Shown here: in pieces, positions 41,663 through 52,364 of the stretch
Position numbering within the stretch: the first letter of the stretch is position 1
Layout: every line of letters starts with the position of its first letter
Origin: Dehalococcoidia bacterium
Lineage (GTDB): Bacteria; Chloroflexota; Dehalococcoidia; UBA2979
DNA: 64,000 nt
Direction of reading: 5' to 3'
Assembly: GCA_963667465.2 (NCBI GenBank)
Contig: CAXXDN010000001.1
Span: 32,001-96,000 of the forward strand
Translations under genes and position numbers: made by a program
Notes under the pieces: model-generated
Database searches by the model: none
What the model was told of the DNA's origin: nothing
The model's input: only the letters and a program-made list of their open reading frames with translations

Positions 41663-42329
41663 AAACCCCGCCCAGCGTTGGCGCATCCAGCCCAGCGAAC
41701 GCCGCAATCGAGGGGAGGCGCACGTCCGGCGGCGCGCCCTCGGCGGCCTCGAGGGCGTACGGGCCTTGCTCCACCAGCACCGTAGTCACCACGTCGCCGA
41801 GGGCGGACTTCACGGCGGCGAGGATGCGCGGCTTGTCGTCGATCAGCGCGTAGTGGCGCGCCGGGTAGCGCGCGCGGATCGCCTCCAGCTCGTGCTCCTT
41901 GTGCTCGAAGATCAGCACCCGGCCTTCGAAGGCAGCATCGAGGCCGGAGGTGCGGATCTTGTGGCGCTGGTAGCGCTCGTCGCCGTCCGAGGCGATCACC
42001 GGCAGGCCGAGACCGCCCGCGTGCGCGACGGCCGCGAGCGCGCCGGGGAACAGGCAGCCCGCGTAGTCGAAGCCCCACACCGCAGCGGCGACCTGCTCGC
42101 CGAGGGCCGCAGCGCCCGCCTCGCGGCCGGAGCGCTCGATCGTCTGCGGCAGGTCGGCGTAGCCGAGCTCGGAGCGGACCGCCTCGTACGCCTGCCAGAA
42201 GCGCCGCGCGCCCTCAACTCCGGCGACCGCCTGGATCCTCGCGTCCAGTCCGGCCTTCAGCGCCGCACCGTCGATCAGCGTGTGGTCGACGTCGAAGAGC
42301 AGGACGAGGTCCGACGAGGACGCAGCCAC
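41661..42329 (-). CDS. HAD family hydrolase
   Basis: FDVDHTL, SDGD, HKE, IDDK. Confidence 0.88.
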   Translation of the reverse strand: MAASSSDLVLLFDVDHTLIDGAALKAGLDARIQAVAGVEGARRFWQAYEAVRSELGYADLPQTIERSGREAGAAALGEQVAAAVWGFDYAGCLFPGALAAVAHAGGLGLPVIASDGDERYQRHKIRTSGLDAAFEGRVLIFEHKEHELEAIRARYPARHYALIDDKPRILAAVKSALGDVVTTVLVEQGPYALEAAEGAPPDVRLPSIAAFAGLDAPTLGGV

Positions 42330-42360
42330 CGGGGACTCCCCTCGCGCCGCCCGCCGCGCG

Positions 42361-43614
42361 TCAGGCCGCGAGCGTGTTCTTGTGCGCGCGGCCGCCCTGC
42401 ATGATCACCCGCAGCCGCTCCGTGTCCTGCAGCAGCGTGATGTCCTCGAGCGGATCGCCGTCGACGACGATCAGGTCGGCGAGCTTGCCTGCCTCGAGGG
42501 TTCCGATCTCGTCCGCCATGTGGATGCACTCGGAGGCGGTCTTCGTCGTCGCGACGATCGACTCCATGGGCGTCATGCCGTGCTGCGTCATCAGCTCCAG
42601 TTCCCACGCGTTCGTGCCGTGGACGCCGACTCCCGCATCGGTGCCCATCGCGATCCGCACGCCCGCCTCGTGGGCCGCGCGGAAGCTCTCCGCGTTCGCG
42701 TCGATCACCTCGCAGGCCTTGCGCAGCGACTGCGGCAGCACGGACTCCGGGGTCGCCTCTTCGCGCAGCACGATGCTGCGAGGCGCGTGAATCGTCGGGA
42801 CCAGGAAGGCGCCACGCTCGATCATCATTGCGATCGCCTCGTCGTCGAGGTAGAAGCCGTGCTCGATCGACTCGACGCCGGCGCGGACGGCGTTCTTGAT
42901 GCCCGCGGTCGCCTGCGCGTGCGCCATGCAGGTCTTTCCGACCATGCGCGCCTCGTAGACCATCACGGCGATCTCTTCCTCGGTGAACTGCGGCGAGCCC
43001 GGCTCGTCCGAGGGTGACATGACGCCGCCGGTGGCGTGCAGCTTGATGAAGTCCGCGCCGAGGCGGAGCACGCCGCGCACGGTCTTGCGCACCTCGTCCG
43101 GGCCGTCGCAGATCGTCTCGATCCACTCCGGACCCCACTGCCGCCAGAAGCGCACGCCGCTCGGCAGCACCCCGTCGCCGTGCCCACCCGTCTGCGAGAG
43201 CGCCCCAACGGCGATCTTCATGCGCGGCCCCGGAATCAGCCCGCGCTCGATCGCGAGCTTGAAGCCGGCCGGCGATCCGGACGCCTCGCGCACCGCGGTG
43301 AACCCCGCGTCGAGGGTGGCGAGCGCGTTCTGCGCCGCCTCGAACGTCGCGAGGGTCGGCGGCGTCAGCGCTCGCTGCTGCATCGACTTCCACGAGCTGT
43401 AGAAGTGCACGTGCGAGTCGATCAGCCCCGGCAGCAGCGTCGCTCCCGAGGCGTCGATCACCTCCGCGTCCTGCGGCAGCGTGTCGAGGCGGCCGGCGCA
43501 CGCGATTCGGCCGTCCTCGATCACCAGGCTCGCGCCCGGGACGGGGTCGGCGCCCGTACCATCGATCAGCGTGACGCCGGTGATGGCGAGCGTGCCGGCA
43601 GCGGGGGCAGTCAC
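42361..43614 (-). CDS. amidohydrolase family protein (prolidase-like)
   Basis: PGLIDSHVH, IKLHATGG, AHA, SIEHG, MGTDAG, GKLAD. Confidence 0.93.
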   Translation of the reverse strand: MTAPAAGTLAITGVTLIDGTGADPVPGASLVIEDGRIACAGRLDTLPQDAEVIDASGATLLPGLIDSHVHFYSSWKSMQQRALTPPTLATFEAAQNALATLDAGFTAVREASGSPAGFKLAIERGLIPGPRMKIAVGALSQTGGHGDGVLPSGVRFWRQWGPEWIETICDGPDEVRKTVRGVLRLGADFIKLHATGGVMSPSDEPGSPQFTEEEIAVMVYEARMVGKTCMAHAQATAGIKNAVRAGVESIEHGFYLDDEAIAMMIERGAFLVPTIHAPRSIVLREEATPESVLPQSLRKACEVIDANAESFRAAHEAGVRIAMGTDAGVGVHGTNAWELELMTQHGMTPMESIVATTKTASECIHMADEIGTLEAGKLADLIVVDGDPLEDITLLQDTERLRVIMQGGRAHKNTLAA

Positions 43615-43994
43615 GCGTCGACGCCCTGGTCGCGCAGCACCTGCTTGGCGATGCGCATCGCCTCGAGCGCGGCGGGCGCCCCGCAGTAGACCGCGACCTG
43701 CCGGATCACCTCGGAGATCTCCGTTGGCGTGAGGCCGTTGCCGAGGCCCGCGCGGATGTGCGTCGTCAGCTCCGTCGTCTTGCCGAGCGCGGCGAGCATC
43801 CCGAGGTTGAGCAGGCTGCGGTCGCGACGGCTGAGCCCGTCGCGCGTCCAGACCTGGCCCCAGGCGACCGCGGTCACGAACTCCTGGAACTCGCGATCGA
43901 AGTCCGTGACGCCCTCGAACGCGCGGTCCACGTACTCGTCGCCCAGCACCTCGCGGCGAACCTTGAGGCCTTCCTCGAACCCATCCAGCGGCAT
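43611..43994 (-). CDS. carboxymuconolactone decarboxylase family protein
   Basis: GLKVRREVLG, WGQVWTRDGL.RRDRSL, YCGAPA. Confidence 0.9.
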   Translation of the reverse strand: MPLDGFEEGLKVRREVLGDEYVDRAFEGVTDFDREFQEFVTAVAWGQVWTRDGLSRRDRSLLNLGMLAALGKTTELTTHIRAGLGNGLTPTEISEVIRQVAVYCGAPAALEAMRIAKQVLRDQGVDA

Positions 43995-44100
43995 GTCAGC
44001 CCCTTCCCGCATCCAGTTCCGAAGTCGCCCGAATCATACGGCGCACCGCCGCAGGAACGAGGAGCGGCTACGATGCCCCTCACGAGCAGAGGAGCGAGCC

Positions 44101-45042
44101 ATGGCGACGATCCCGACACTGCGCGGCGAGCTCGAGCCGAGCGCCCTCGGCTTCACATTGATGCACGAGCACCTCTTCCTCCAGACGCCGGCGCTCTACG
44201 ACAACTACCCGCAGCTCTTCGACCGCACGGCCGAGGTCACCGCCGCCGCGGAATTCTGCGAGGAGGCGCGCGCGGCCGGCGTCGCCACGATCGTCGACGT
44301 CACGACCGTGGACCTCGGGCGCGACATCCGCCTGATGGCCGCGGTCGCCGAGCGCACGGAGCTGCAAGTGATCGCCGCCACGGGCGTGCACCTCAGGGTG
44401 CCGAACTACTTCCGCCGCAGGACACCCGACCCCGTCGTCGAGCTCTACCTGCACGACATCAACGTCGGCATCGCCGGCACCTCGATCCGCGCCGGCGCGC
44501 TCAAGATCGCCACCGAGGAGTACGAACCGGACGATGAGTTGCAGCTACGCGCTATCGCCCTCGCGCACCGCGCCAGCGGCGTCCCGATCATGACGCACAG
44601 CAACCCCTTCGCCGGCTCGGGCAACGACCAGCAGCGCGTCTTCGCCGCCGAGGGCGTCGACCTCGCGCGCGTCGTGGTCGGCCACTCCGGCGACTCGACG
44701 GACTTCCACTACCTGAGCGGGCTGATGGAGCGTGGCAGCACGATCGGGATGGACCGCTTCGGGTCCGGCCTCAACGCGACCACCGAGGAGCGGATCGACA
44801 CGATCGCGAAGCTCTGCGCACGCGGCTACGCCGACCGCATGGTGCTCAGCCACGACACCTCGCCGCACATGCAGGGCGTGCCGCGCGAGATCCTCGACCG
44901 CGCGCTGCCCGAGGCGAACTTCCTGACGATTCCGAAGATCGTGGTCCCCGGCCTGCGCAACCGCGGCGTCCCCGATGAGCAGATCGAGGCAATGACCACC
45001 GGCAACCCGCGCCGCATCTTCGAGGCGCAGGGCGCCTACTGA
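44101..45042 (+). CDS. phosphotriesterase family protein
   Basis: LGFTLMHEH, DLGRD, THS, GHSGD, LSHD, NPRRIF. Confidence 0.92.
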   Translation: MATIPTLRGELEPSALGFTLMHEHLFLQTPALYDNYPQLFDRTAEVTAAAEFCEEARAAGVATIVDVTTVDLGRDIRLMAAVAERTELQVIAATGVHLRVPNYFRRRTPDPVVELYLHDINVGIAGTSIRAGALKIATEEYEPDDELQLRAIALAHRASGVPIMTHSNPFAGSGNDQQRVFAAEGVDLARVVVGHSGDSTDFHYLSGLMERGSTIGMDRFGSGLNATTEERIDTIAKLCARGYADRMVLSHDTSPHMQGVPREILDRALPEANFLTIPKIVVPGLRNRGVPDEQIEAMTTGNPRRIFEAQGAY

Positions 45043-45083
45043 GCCGGGCTGTCCCGTGTCCTCAGAAGCCGCTCTCCCACCGA

Positions 45084-45122
45084 CTCTCCCACCACCAGGG
45101 GAGAGGGATAGGCTGAGGGGGG
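45084..45122. repeat. REP-like element (inverted orientation)
   Basis: ctctccc-accacca-ggggagagggataggctgagggg. Confidence 0.7.
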
Positions 45123-45138
45123 AGGGAAGGAGCACGCC

Positions 45139-45462
45139 GTGTTCGTTGCGATGAACCGCTTTGTCGTCGTGCCCGGCCAGGAAGAGGCCTTCGAGGCGCG
45201 CTGGCGCGATCGCGAGACGTACCTCGGCGACGTGCCCGGCTTCGTGCGCTTCGCGCTGCTGTGCAGCGACCGCCAGGGCGAGTACCTGAGCCACAGCACC
45301 TGGGAGTCGCGCGAGGCCTTCGACGCCTGGACGCGCAGCGAGGCGTTCACGCTCGGCCACCGCCAGGGCTCGCTCCAGGGCATCCTCGCCGAGCACCCGG
45401 AGGTCTCGCTCTACGAGGGACTGTTCACTCAGGAGCAGGGCGAGCGCCGGACAAGCAGCTGA
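45139..45462 (+). CDS. antibiotic biosynthesis monooxygenase (IsdG/HmuQ-like)
   Basis: MNRF, FEARW, VPGF, WES.EAF.AWTRSEAF..GH. Confidence 0.88.
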   Translation: MFVAMNRFVVVPGQEEAFEARWRDRETYLGDVPGFVRFALLCSDRQGEYLSHSTWESREAFDAWTRSEAFTLGHRQGSLQGILAEHPEVSLYEGLFTQEQGERRTSS

Positions 45463-45555
45463 GGCCCGCGCCTGACCTCACCCGCCCTCGCATGCGCCGC
45501 GAGTGCGTTAGCATGAGGCGCGCAGCCGCCGGGAGGACGCTCGAGGAGGATTGCG

Positions 45556-46734
<1,179 letters not shown>

Positions 46735-46752
46735 CGAGCTTCTCAGCCGCCG

Positions 46753-48126
46753 TCAGCGCGCCGCGTCGCGCTCCTTGAGGCGCGCGACCTGCGCGTCGAT
46801 CGCCTCGCGGAAGTCCGCGTCGATGCGCAGGATCGAGCCCTGCTCGATGTAGCGCTCGAAGGGGATCGGCGTCATCTCGCGCGCCGCCGGGCTCATCCAG
46901 GCCACGGGTTCACCTCTCGTGACCCCCCGTTCGGCGAGCCCGGCCAGTTCCTCGTCGCCGAGGCCCAGCACCTCACGCAGCACGTCGTCCGTGTGCTCGC
47001 CGAGCTTCGGCGCGCGGCCGGCTGCGCCGACACCTTCGCCGTCGACGCGCGCGCTGAAGTAGCGCTCGACCGGGATCTCGCCAACGTCGGCGATCTCAAC
47101 CGGATCGAAGAACTCGCGCGCCTCGAGCTGCTCGTCGGCGAGCACCTCGTCGGCGGCGAGCACGGGCGCGGCGGGCACGCCTGCCTCCTGCAGTAGCCGC
47201 GCCGCCTCGAACTTCGAGCGGCTCGCTGCCCACTCGGCGAGCCCCTCGTCGAGGGCGTCGTGCTGCTCGTAGCGGCCCGCGGCCGAGGCGAAGCGCGAGT
47301 CCTCCAGCCACTCCGGGTGACCGACGGCGTGGCAGCAGGCCTGCCATTCGGCCACGTCGCGAACGGAGATCGCCAGCCAGGCGTCCACGCCGGCGCACTC
47401 GTAGTAGCCGCGCACCATGCCCTCGCGGCGCGGGTTGTTGGGGCCGTGGAGGCGTCCGTGCTGCTGGTACTCGGCGACGCGTGCGGCCAGCATCGGGACC
47501 GCCGCTTCCTGCATCGCGACCTCGACGTGCTGGCCCTCGCCGCTGCGGGCGCGGTGGATCAGCGCGGCGATCGCGCCGCCCGTGCCCTGGAAGCCTCCGT
47601 AGTGGTCGATCCAGGTCTGCCCCGTCTTCATCGGCCCGACGCCGCGGTAGCCGGTCAGCGCCGAGACGCCCGAGGCCGGCTCCATGCTCATGCCGTAGGC
47701 GGCGCGGTGCGCGTGCGGGCCCGTCTGCCCGTAGCCGGAGAGCGAGCACATGATGATCGAGGCGTTGTGCTCGCGCAGCGAGGCGTAGTCGAGGCCGAGC
47801 CGTTCCATCACCCCCGGCGTGAAGTTCTCGACGACCATGTCCGCCGCGCGGACCAGGCGCAGGAACAGCTCCTTGCCCTCGGGATCGCGCAGGTTGATCT
47901 GGATCGCGCGTTTGCCGGCGTTGCGCTTCGTGAAGTACGGGCTGTGGTGCCAGTACTCGCCGCTGGTGTCGTTGTCGGTGACGAAGCCGACGCGGGTGTT
48001 GTCCGGGTGCGAGGCGTGCTCGATCTTGATCACGTCCGCCCCGAAATCGGCGAGCACGCGCGTCACCAGCGGCCCGATCCAGACGTGGGTGAGGTCGAGC
48101 ACGCGCAGGCCCTCGAAGAAGCGCAT
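46753..48126 (-). CDS. family III CoA-transferase
   Basis: GLRVLDLT..W.GP, GADVIKIE, ENFTPG, SGYGQTGP. Confidence 0.93.
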   Translation of the reverse strand: MRFFEGLRVLDLTHVWIGPLVTRVLADFGADVIKIEHASHPDNTRVGFVTDNDTSGEYWHHSPYFTKRNAGKRAIQINLRDPEGKELFLRLVRAADMVVENFTPGVMERLGLDYASLREHNASIIMCSLSGYGQTGPHAHRAAYGMSMEPASGVSALTGYRGVGPMKTGQTWIDHYGGFQGTGGAIAALIHRARSGEGQHVEVAMQEAAVPMLAARVAEYQQHGRLHGPNNPRREGMVRGYYECAGVDAWLAISVRDVAEWQACCHAVGHPEWLEDSRFASAAGRYEQHDALDEGLAEWAASRSKFEAARLLQEAGVPAAPVLAADEVLADEQLEAREFFDPVEIADVGEIPVERYFSARVDGEGVGAAGRAPKLGEHTDDVLREVLGLGDEELAGLAERGVTRGEPVAWMSPAAREMTPIPFERYIEQGSILRIDADFREAIDAQVARLKERDAAR

Positions 48127-48127
48127 C

Positions 48128-49303
48128 TCAGGCCTCCCCGTCCGAGGCGTCGAGGTCCTCGACGCTCGTCGAGCCGAGCGCGGGCGCCGGCTGCCCGGCG
48201 AGCAGCGGGCTGGCGGGGAGGCGCAGCGGCGGGCCAATCACGGACTCGCCGTCCGGGCCCTCGATCCAGAAGCCGCGCTCGTGCAGGTGCTCGTCCGCCA
48301 GCAGGTCGGCGACGCTCGGCACGGCGGCGAAGGCGAGATGCAGCTCGTCCGAGCGTTGCAGCAACTCCGCCGGGGTGTGCTCCAGCAGATAGGGGTCGAG
48401 GATCGCGTTGAGATCGCGCCAGCGCATGACGCGCTCGCGGCGATCGTTGAGCAACGGGTCGGCGGCGGCCTCGGGGCGTCCGATCAGCTCCGCGACCCGA
48501 TCGGGGAACGCGCCCTGCGGCGTGACGAAGGCGATATGGCCGTCCTTGCAGGCCATGATGTCCGAGGGGTAGCTGACCAGCACCCGCGAGTAGTAGCGCT
48601 TTCGGAGCGCCCCCGTCCCGACGTAGATCGAGAGGCTGTGGTCGTCCGAGGAGGCGAGCACCTCGTGCGCCGAGACGTCGATCAAGCCGGGCCGCTCGCC
48701 GACGCTCGCCTGCGCGAGCGCGGTGAGCGAGGCGATCCAGCCCATCAGCCCCGCGAAGTAGTCGGCGACGTCGACGCCGAGCGCGAGCGGCTCGCGGTCC
48801 GGCTCGCCGCTGACGTAGGTGATGCCGGAGAGCGCCTCGTGGATTAGCGAGTCCGCCCGCCAGCCGACGCGTGGCCCGGTCATCCCGAAGTCGCTGATCG
48901 AGACGCAGGTGGTCTCCGGGAAGCGCTCGCGCAGCGCGCCGGCGTCGCCGAAGGGCAGCAGGCCGCTCTCACGCCAGTCGCCGACGAGCAGGTCGCTGCC
49001 GGCGATCAGCCCGGCAGCGAGGGCGACGCCCTCCTCGGCGCCGAGATCGAGCACGACGCTGCGCTTGCCGCCGTTGAGGTAGCGGTGCAGGCCGCCGCTG
49101 TCGAGGTCCGGCGAACCCTCCGCCTCGCCCTCGGGGAAGGGTCCGGCGAGGCGCACCGCGTCGCCTCCGGGCGGCTCGATGCGAATCACCTCGGCGCCGA
49201 GCTGTCCGAGCAGTTGCGTGGCGTACGCGACGGCCACGCCTGAGGCGAGCTCGACCACGCGGACATCGGGCAGGACGGAGGGCGCGGGTTGCGTAGCCGT
49301 CAT
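48128..49303 (-). CDS. family III CoA-transferase
   Basis: LGAEVIRIEPPGGD, NGGKRSVVLD, FGMTGP, APALG. Confidence 0.92.
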   Translation of the reverse strand: MTATQPAPSVLPDVRVVELASGVAVAYATQLLGQLGAEVIRIEPPGGDAVRLAGPFPEGEAEGSPDLDSGGLHRYLNGGKRSVVLDLGAEEGVALAAGLIAGSDLLVGDWRESGLLPFGDAGALRERFPETTCVSISDFGMTGPRVGWRADSLIHEALSGITYVSGEPDREPLALGVDVADYFAGLMGWIASLTALAQASVGERPGLIDVSAHEVLASSDDHSLSIYVGTGALRKRYYSRVLVSYPSDIMACKDGHIAFVTPQGAFPDRVAELIGRPEAAADPLLNDRRERVMRWRDLNAILDPYLLEHTPAELLQRSDELHLAFAAVPSVADLLADEHLHERGFWIEGPDGESVIGPPLRLPASPLLAGQPAPALGSTSVEDLDASDGEA

Positions 49304-49711
49304 CGGCGCTCCCGGCAGTCACTCCCCGCCGCGTGGGCGGGGCCGCGATGATGGTCACGCCTCGCCGGGCTCGTCAAACCGCGGCCTCGAGGCTGACCGG
49401 TTCGCCGGCGGCTGCCGCATCAGGGAGCCGCGTGCTGCTCTTGCCCACTTCGCCGCGTGCGGGCGATCGCGCCGCGAGCGTGGACCCCGGCGACAGCGAC
49501 AAGCCCGGCGGCGTGGACGCCGCCGATCGCGACGAAACAGACCGCGCTCACTCCGCCGAAGGCAATGCTGTTCGCCGCGTTGACCGGGCGCGCTGTCAGC
49601 CAGGTCGGACGTGCCACGTGGCTCCGGCACCACGGTAGGGTCGGCGGTCACAACGTCCGGCCGGTCTCGAAGGCTTCCCTTGTTGGGCGAGTCGCGTTGC
49701 TCCGGCGAGCG

Positions 49712-49810
49712 CCTTCACCCCCGCCTCTCCCGCGGCGAGAGGGAGCCGGACAAGCGAGGGGCCGGACGAGCAGGGCCGGACGAGCGAGGGCCGGACAAGC
49801 GAGCGGGCCG
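49712..49810. repeat. REP-like element followed by ~15-bp imperfect tandem repeat x4 (gccggac[ag]agc...)
   Basis: ccttcacccccgcctctcccgcggcgagaggga, then four gccggac(a/g)agc units. Confidence 0.7.
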
Positions 49811-49870
49811 CCCAGCTCCAGCTGTGGCGGCCCGCTGCGTTGTTGCTTCCGCGCGGACGCGCGCCCGCGG

Positions 49871-52162
49871 CTACTCCTCCGGCTGCAACTGCTCCAGCAG
49901 CGACCGTGGCGAAGCCGGGAGCGAGGTGATGCGCAGGTCGGTGGCGTCGTGGATCGCGTTCGCGATCGCGGCCAGCGGCGGCACAATCGGCACCTCGCCC
50001 ACGCCGCGCACGCCGTAGGGGTGCCCGGGGTTCGGGACCTCGACGAGGATCGTCTCGATCTCCGGCAGGTCGAGCGCCGTCGGCATGCGGTAGTCGAGCA
50101 GGCTGGAGTTCGCCATGCTCCCATCGTCGCGGTAGTAGTACTCCTCGGTCAGCGCCATGCCCGCGCCCTGCGCGGCCCCGCCCTGGATCTGCCCCTCGAC
50201 ATACGAGGGGTGGATGGCGGTGCCCACGTCCTGCACGGCCGTGTAGCGCAGCACGTCCACCTTGCCCGTCTCCGGGTCCACCTCGACGTCCACGATGTGG
50301 CAGCCGAAGGCGGCCCCGACGGTAGTGGGCGCCACGTCGGCGCGGCCCTGGATCATCCCGCCGCTGCCGCCGAGCTTCCCGCAGATCTCGTTGAAGGTCA
50401 GCGAGCGGGCCTCGCCGTCATCGCCGGCGGGGCCGCGGATCACCGCGTCGTCGCCATAGCTGACCGAGTCGCGGTCGACCTCCCAGATCTGGGCTGCGCG
50501 CTCCTCGAGCTGGCGGCGGATGTCCATCGCCGCCTCGTAGACCGCCCAGCCGGTGGCGAAGGTGGTGCGGCTGCCGCCGGTGACGCCGTTGAAGCCGACC
50601 GAGTCGGTGTCGACGACCAGCGGCTTCACCTGCTCGTAGCTGATGCCGAGCGCTTCAGCGAACTGCATCGCCTGCGCCGCGCGCTGCCCGCCGATGTCGA
50701 CCGAGCCGAGCACGAGGCTGGCCGTGCCGTCGGCGTTCAGCGAGCCGTACGCGCTCGACTCGAGGCCGGCGTTGTGCCAGAAGCCCATCGAGACGCCGCG
50801 GCCCTGGTTCTTGCCCTGCAGCTCGGAGCGGTAGTGCGGGCTCTCCATCGCCGCCCGCATCACCTCCTCGGAGCCGATGCGGCCCTGCGCGACGCCATCG
50901 ACGCGGCGCGAGCCCTGGGTGGCGGCGTTCTTGAGCCGCAGTTCCATCCCGTCCACCTCGAGGCGCTCCGCCAGCTCGTCGATCAGCGACTCGACGGCGT
51001 AGGTGCCCTGCGGCGAGCCGGGGGCGCGGTAGGCGGAGACCTTCGGCTTGTTCGTCACCACATCGTAGGCGTCGGTGATCAGGTTCGGGATGTCGTACGA
51101 GGAGAACATGCAGCCCGCGCCGGCGCCGACGGGGGAGCCGGGGAAGGCCCCGGCCTCGTAGGCGAGGTAGGCCTCGCCGGCGACGATCGTGCCGTCGCGC
51201 TTGGCGCCGATCTTGCAGCGCACGTAGGTGGCGGAGGTCGGCCCGGTGCCGATCAGCACCTCCTCGCGCGTCATGATCATCTTGACCGGGCGGCCGGTCT
51301 TCTTCGAGAGGATGGCCGCCATCGGCTCCATGTAGGTGTTGATCTTGCCACCGAAGCCGCCGCCGATCTCCATCGGCACAACCTTGACCCTGGAGACCGG
51401 CACGTCGCACAGCTTGGCGACCTGGATGCGCACGGCGAACGGGCCCTGCGTGCTGACCCAGACCGTGATCTCGCCGTCCTTGTTCCAGAACGCGGTGCCG
51501 TTGTGCGGCTCGATGTAGCCTTGGTGCGCCGTCGAGGTCTCGAACTCGCGCTCGAGAATGATGTCCGCGTCGGCGAAGCCCTGCTCGACATCGCCCAGCT
51601 CGAAGCGCAGGTGGCTGGCGGTGTTCGAGTTGTCCTCGGAGCGGTTGTCGCTGGGCACGAAGCGCGCGGCCATCTCCGTGGTGCGCATGTGCTCGTGCAC
51701 CTGCGGCGCGCCGTCGGCCATCGCCTCGTGGACGCTCATCACCGGGTCGAGCGGCTCGTACTCCACCTCGATCAGCGCGAGCGCATCCTCGGCGATGTGC
51801 GGGTCCGTCGCGCAGACAGCGGCGACGGCGTGCCCGGCGTAGAGCGCCTTGTCCGAGGCGAGCACGTTGTCGCGAATGTATTTGAACGGCGCGAACGTCT
51901 CGCCGAGGTCGACGAGGTCGTCGCCGAGCCGCGGGAAGTCGTCGTTGGTGACGACGGCGTGCACGCCCTCGAGGGCGAGCGCCTTCGAGGCATCGATACT
52001 GACGATGCGGGCGTGCGCGTGCGGGCTGCGCAGCACGCGCCCGTAGAGCATGCGCGGCAGGCGGATGTCCGCGCCGTACTCGGCCCGTCCGGTGACCTTG
52101 TCCGCGCCGTCCGGGCGGACCGGTCGGGTGCCAATGACCTTGTTTCGCTCGGTCGCGACCAC
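49871..52162 (-). CDS. xanthine dehydrogenase family molybdopterin-binding subunit
   Basis: KVTGRAEY, RSPHAHARI, GGGFGGK, AYRAPG, EGQIQGG, RGVGEVP; AAGGAG RBS before GTG 52162. Confidence 0.94.
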   Translation of the reverse strand: MVATERNKVIGTRPVRPDGADKVTGRAEYGADIRLPRMLYGRVLRSPHAHARIVSIDASKALALEGVHAVVTNDDFPRLGDDLVDLGETFAPFKYIRDNVLASDKALYAGHAVAAVCATDPHIAEDALALIEVEYEPLDPVMSVHEAMADGAPQVHEHMRTTEMAARFVPSDNRSEDNSNTASHLRFELGDVEQGFADADIILEREFETSTAHQGYIEPHNGTAFWNKDGEITVWVSTQGPFAVRIQVAKLCDVPVSRVKVVPMEIGGGFGGKINTYMEPMAAILSKKTGRPVKMIMTREEVLIGTGPTSATYVRCKIGAKRDGTIVAGEAYLAYEAGAFPGSPVGAGAGCMFSSYDIPNLITDAYDVVTNKPKVSAYRAPGSPQGTYAVESLIDELAERLEVDGMELRLKNAATQGSRRVDGVAQGRIGSEEVMRAAMESPHYRSELQGKNQGRGVSMGFWHNAGLESSAYGSLNADGTASLVLGSVDIGGQRAAQAMQFAEALGISYEQVKPLVVDTDSVGFNGVTGGSRTTFATGWAVYEAAMDIRRQLEERAAQIWEVDRDSVSYGDDAVIRGPAGDDGEARSLTFNEICGKLGGSGGMIQGRADVAPTTVGAAFGCHIVDVEVDPETGKVDVLRYTAVQDVGTAIHPSYVEGQIQGGAAQGAGMALTEEYYYRDDGSMANSSLLDYRMPTALDLPEIETILVEVPNPGHPYGVRGVGEVPIVPPLAAIANAIHDATDLRITSLPASPRSLLEQLQPEE

Positions 52163-52364
52163 GCCGTACTCCTTCACATAGCGCGCCTCGGGAGGCGCGT
52201 CGGTTGCCTGTTGCCGCGCATGATACCGCGCCTTGCGCCTGCGCGACGCTCTCGTGTCGCGCGCGACCGCTCGGTCCGGCTGGGTTGGGGCTCGACGCCG
52301 CACACCTATCGCAGCGGTTACATCTTCCGGTTGGCCGTTGCGGGCCCCCTGGCGCCGTGCCGGG

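Noticed and set aside
49420-49617. Short hydrophobic ORF (IAFGGVSAVCFVAIGG...)
   Set aside because: Possibly a membrane-protein fragment, but too short and unsupported to call
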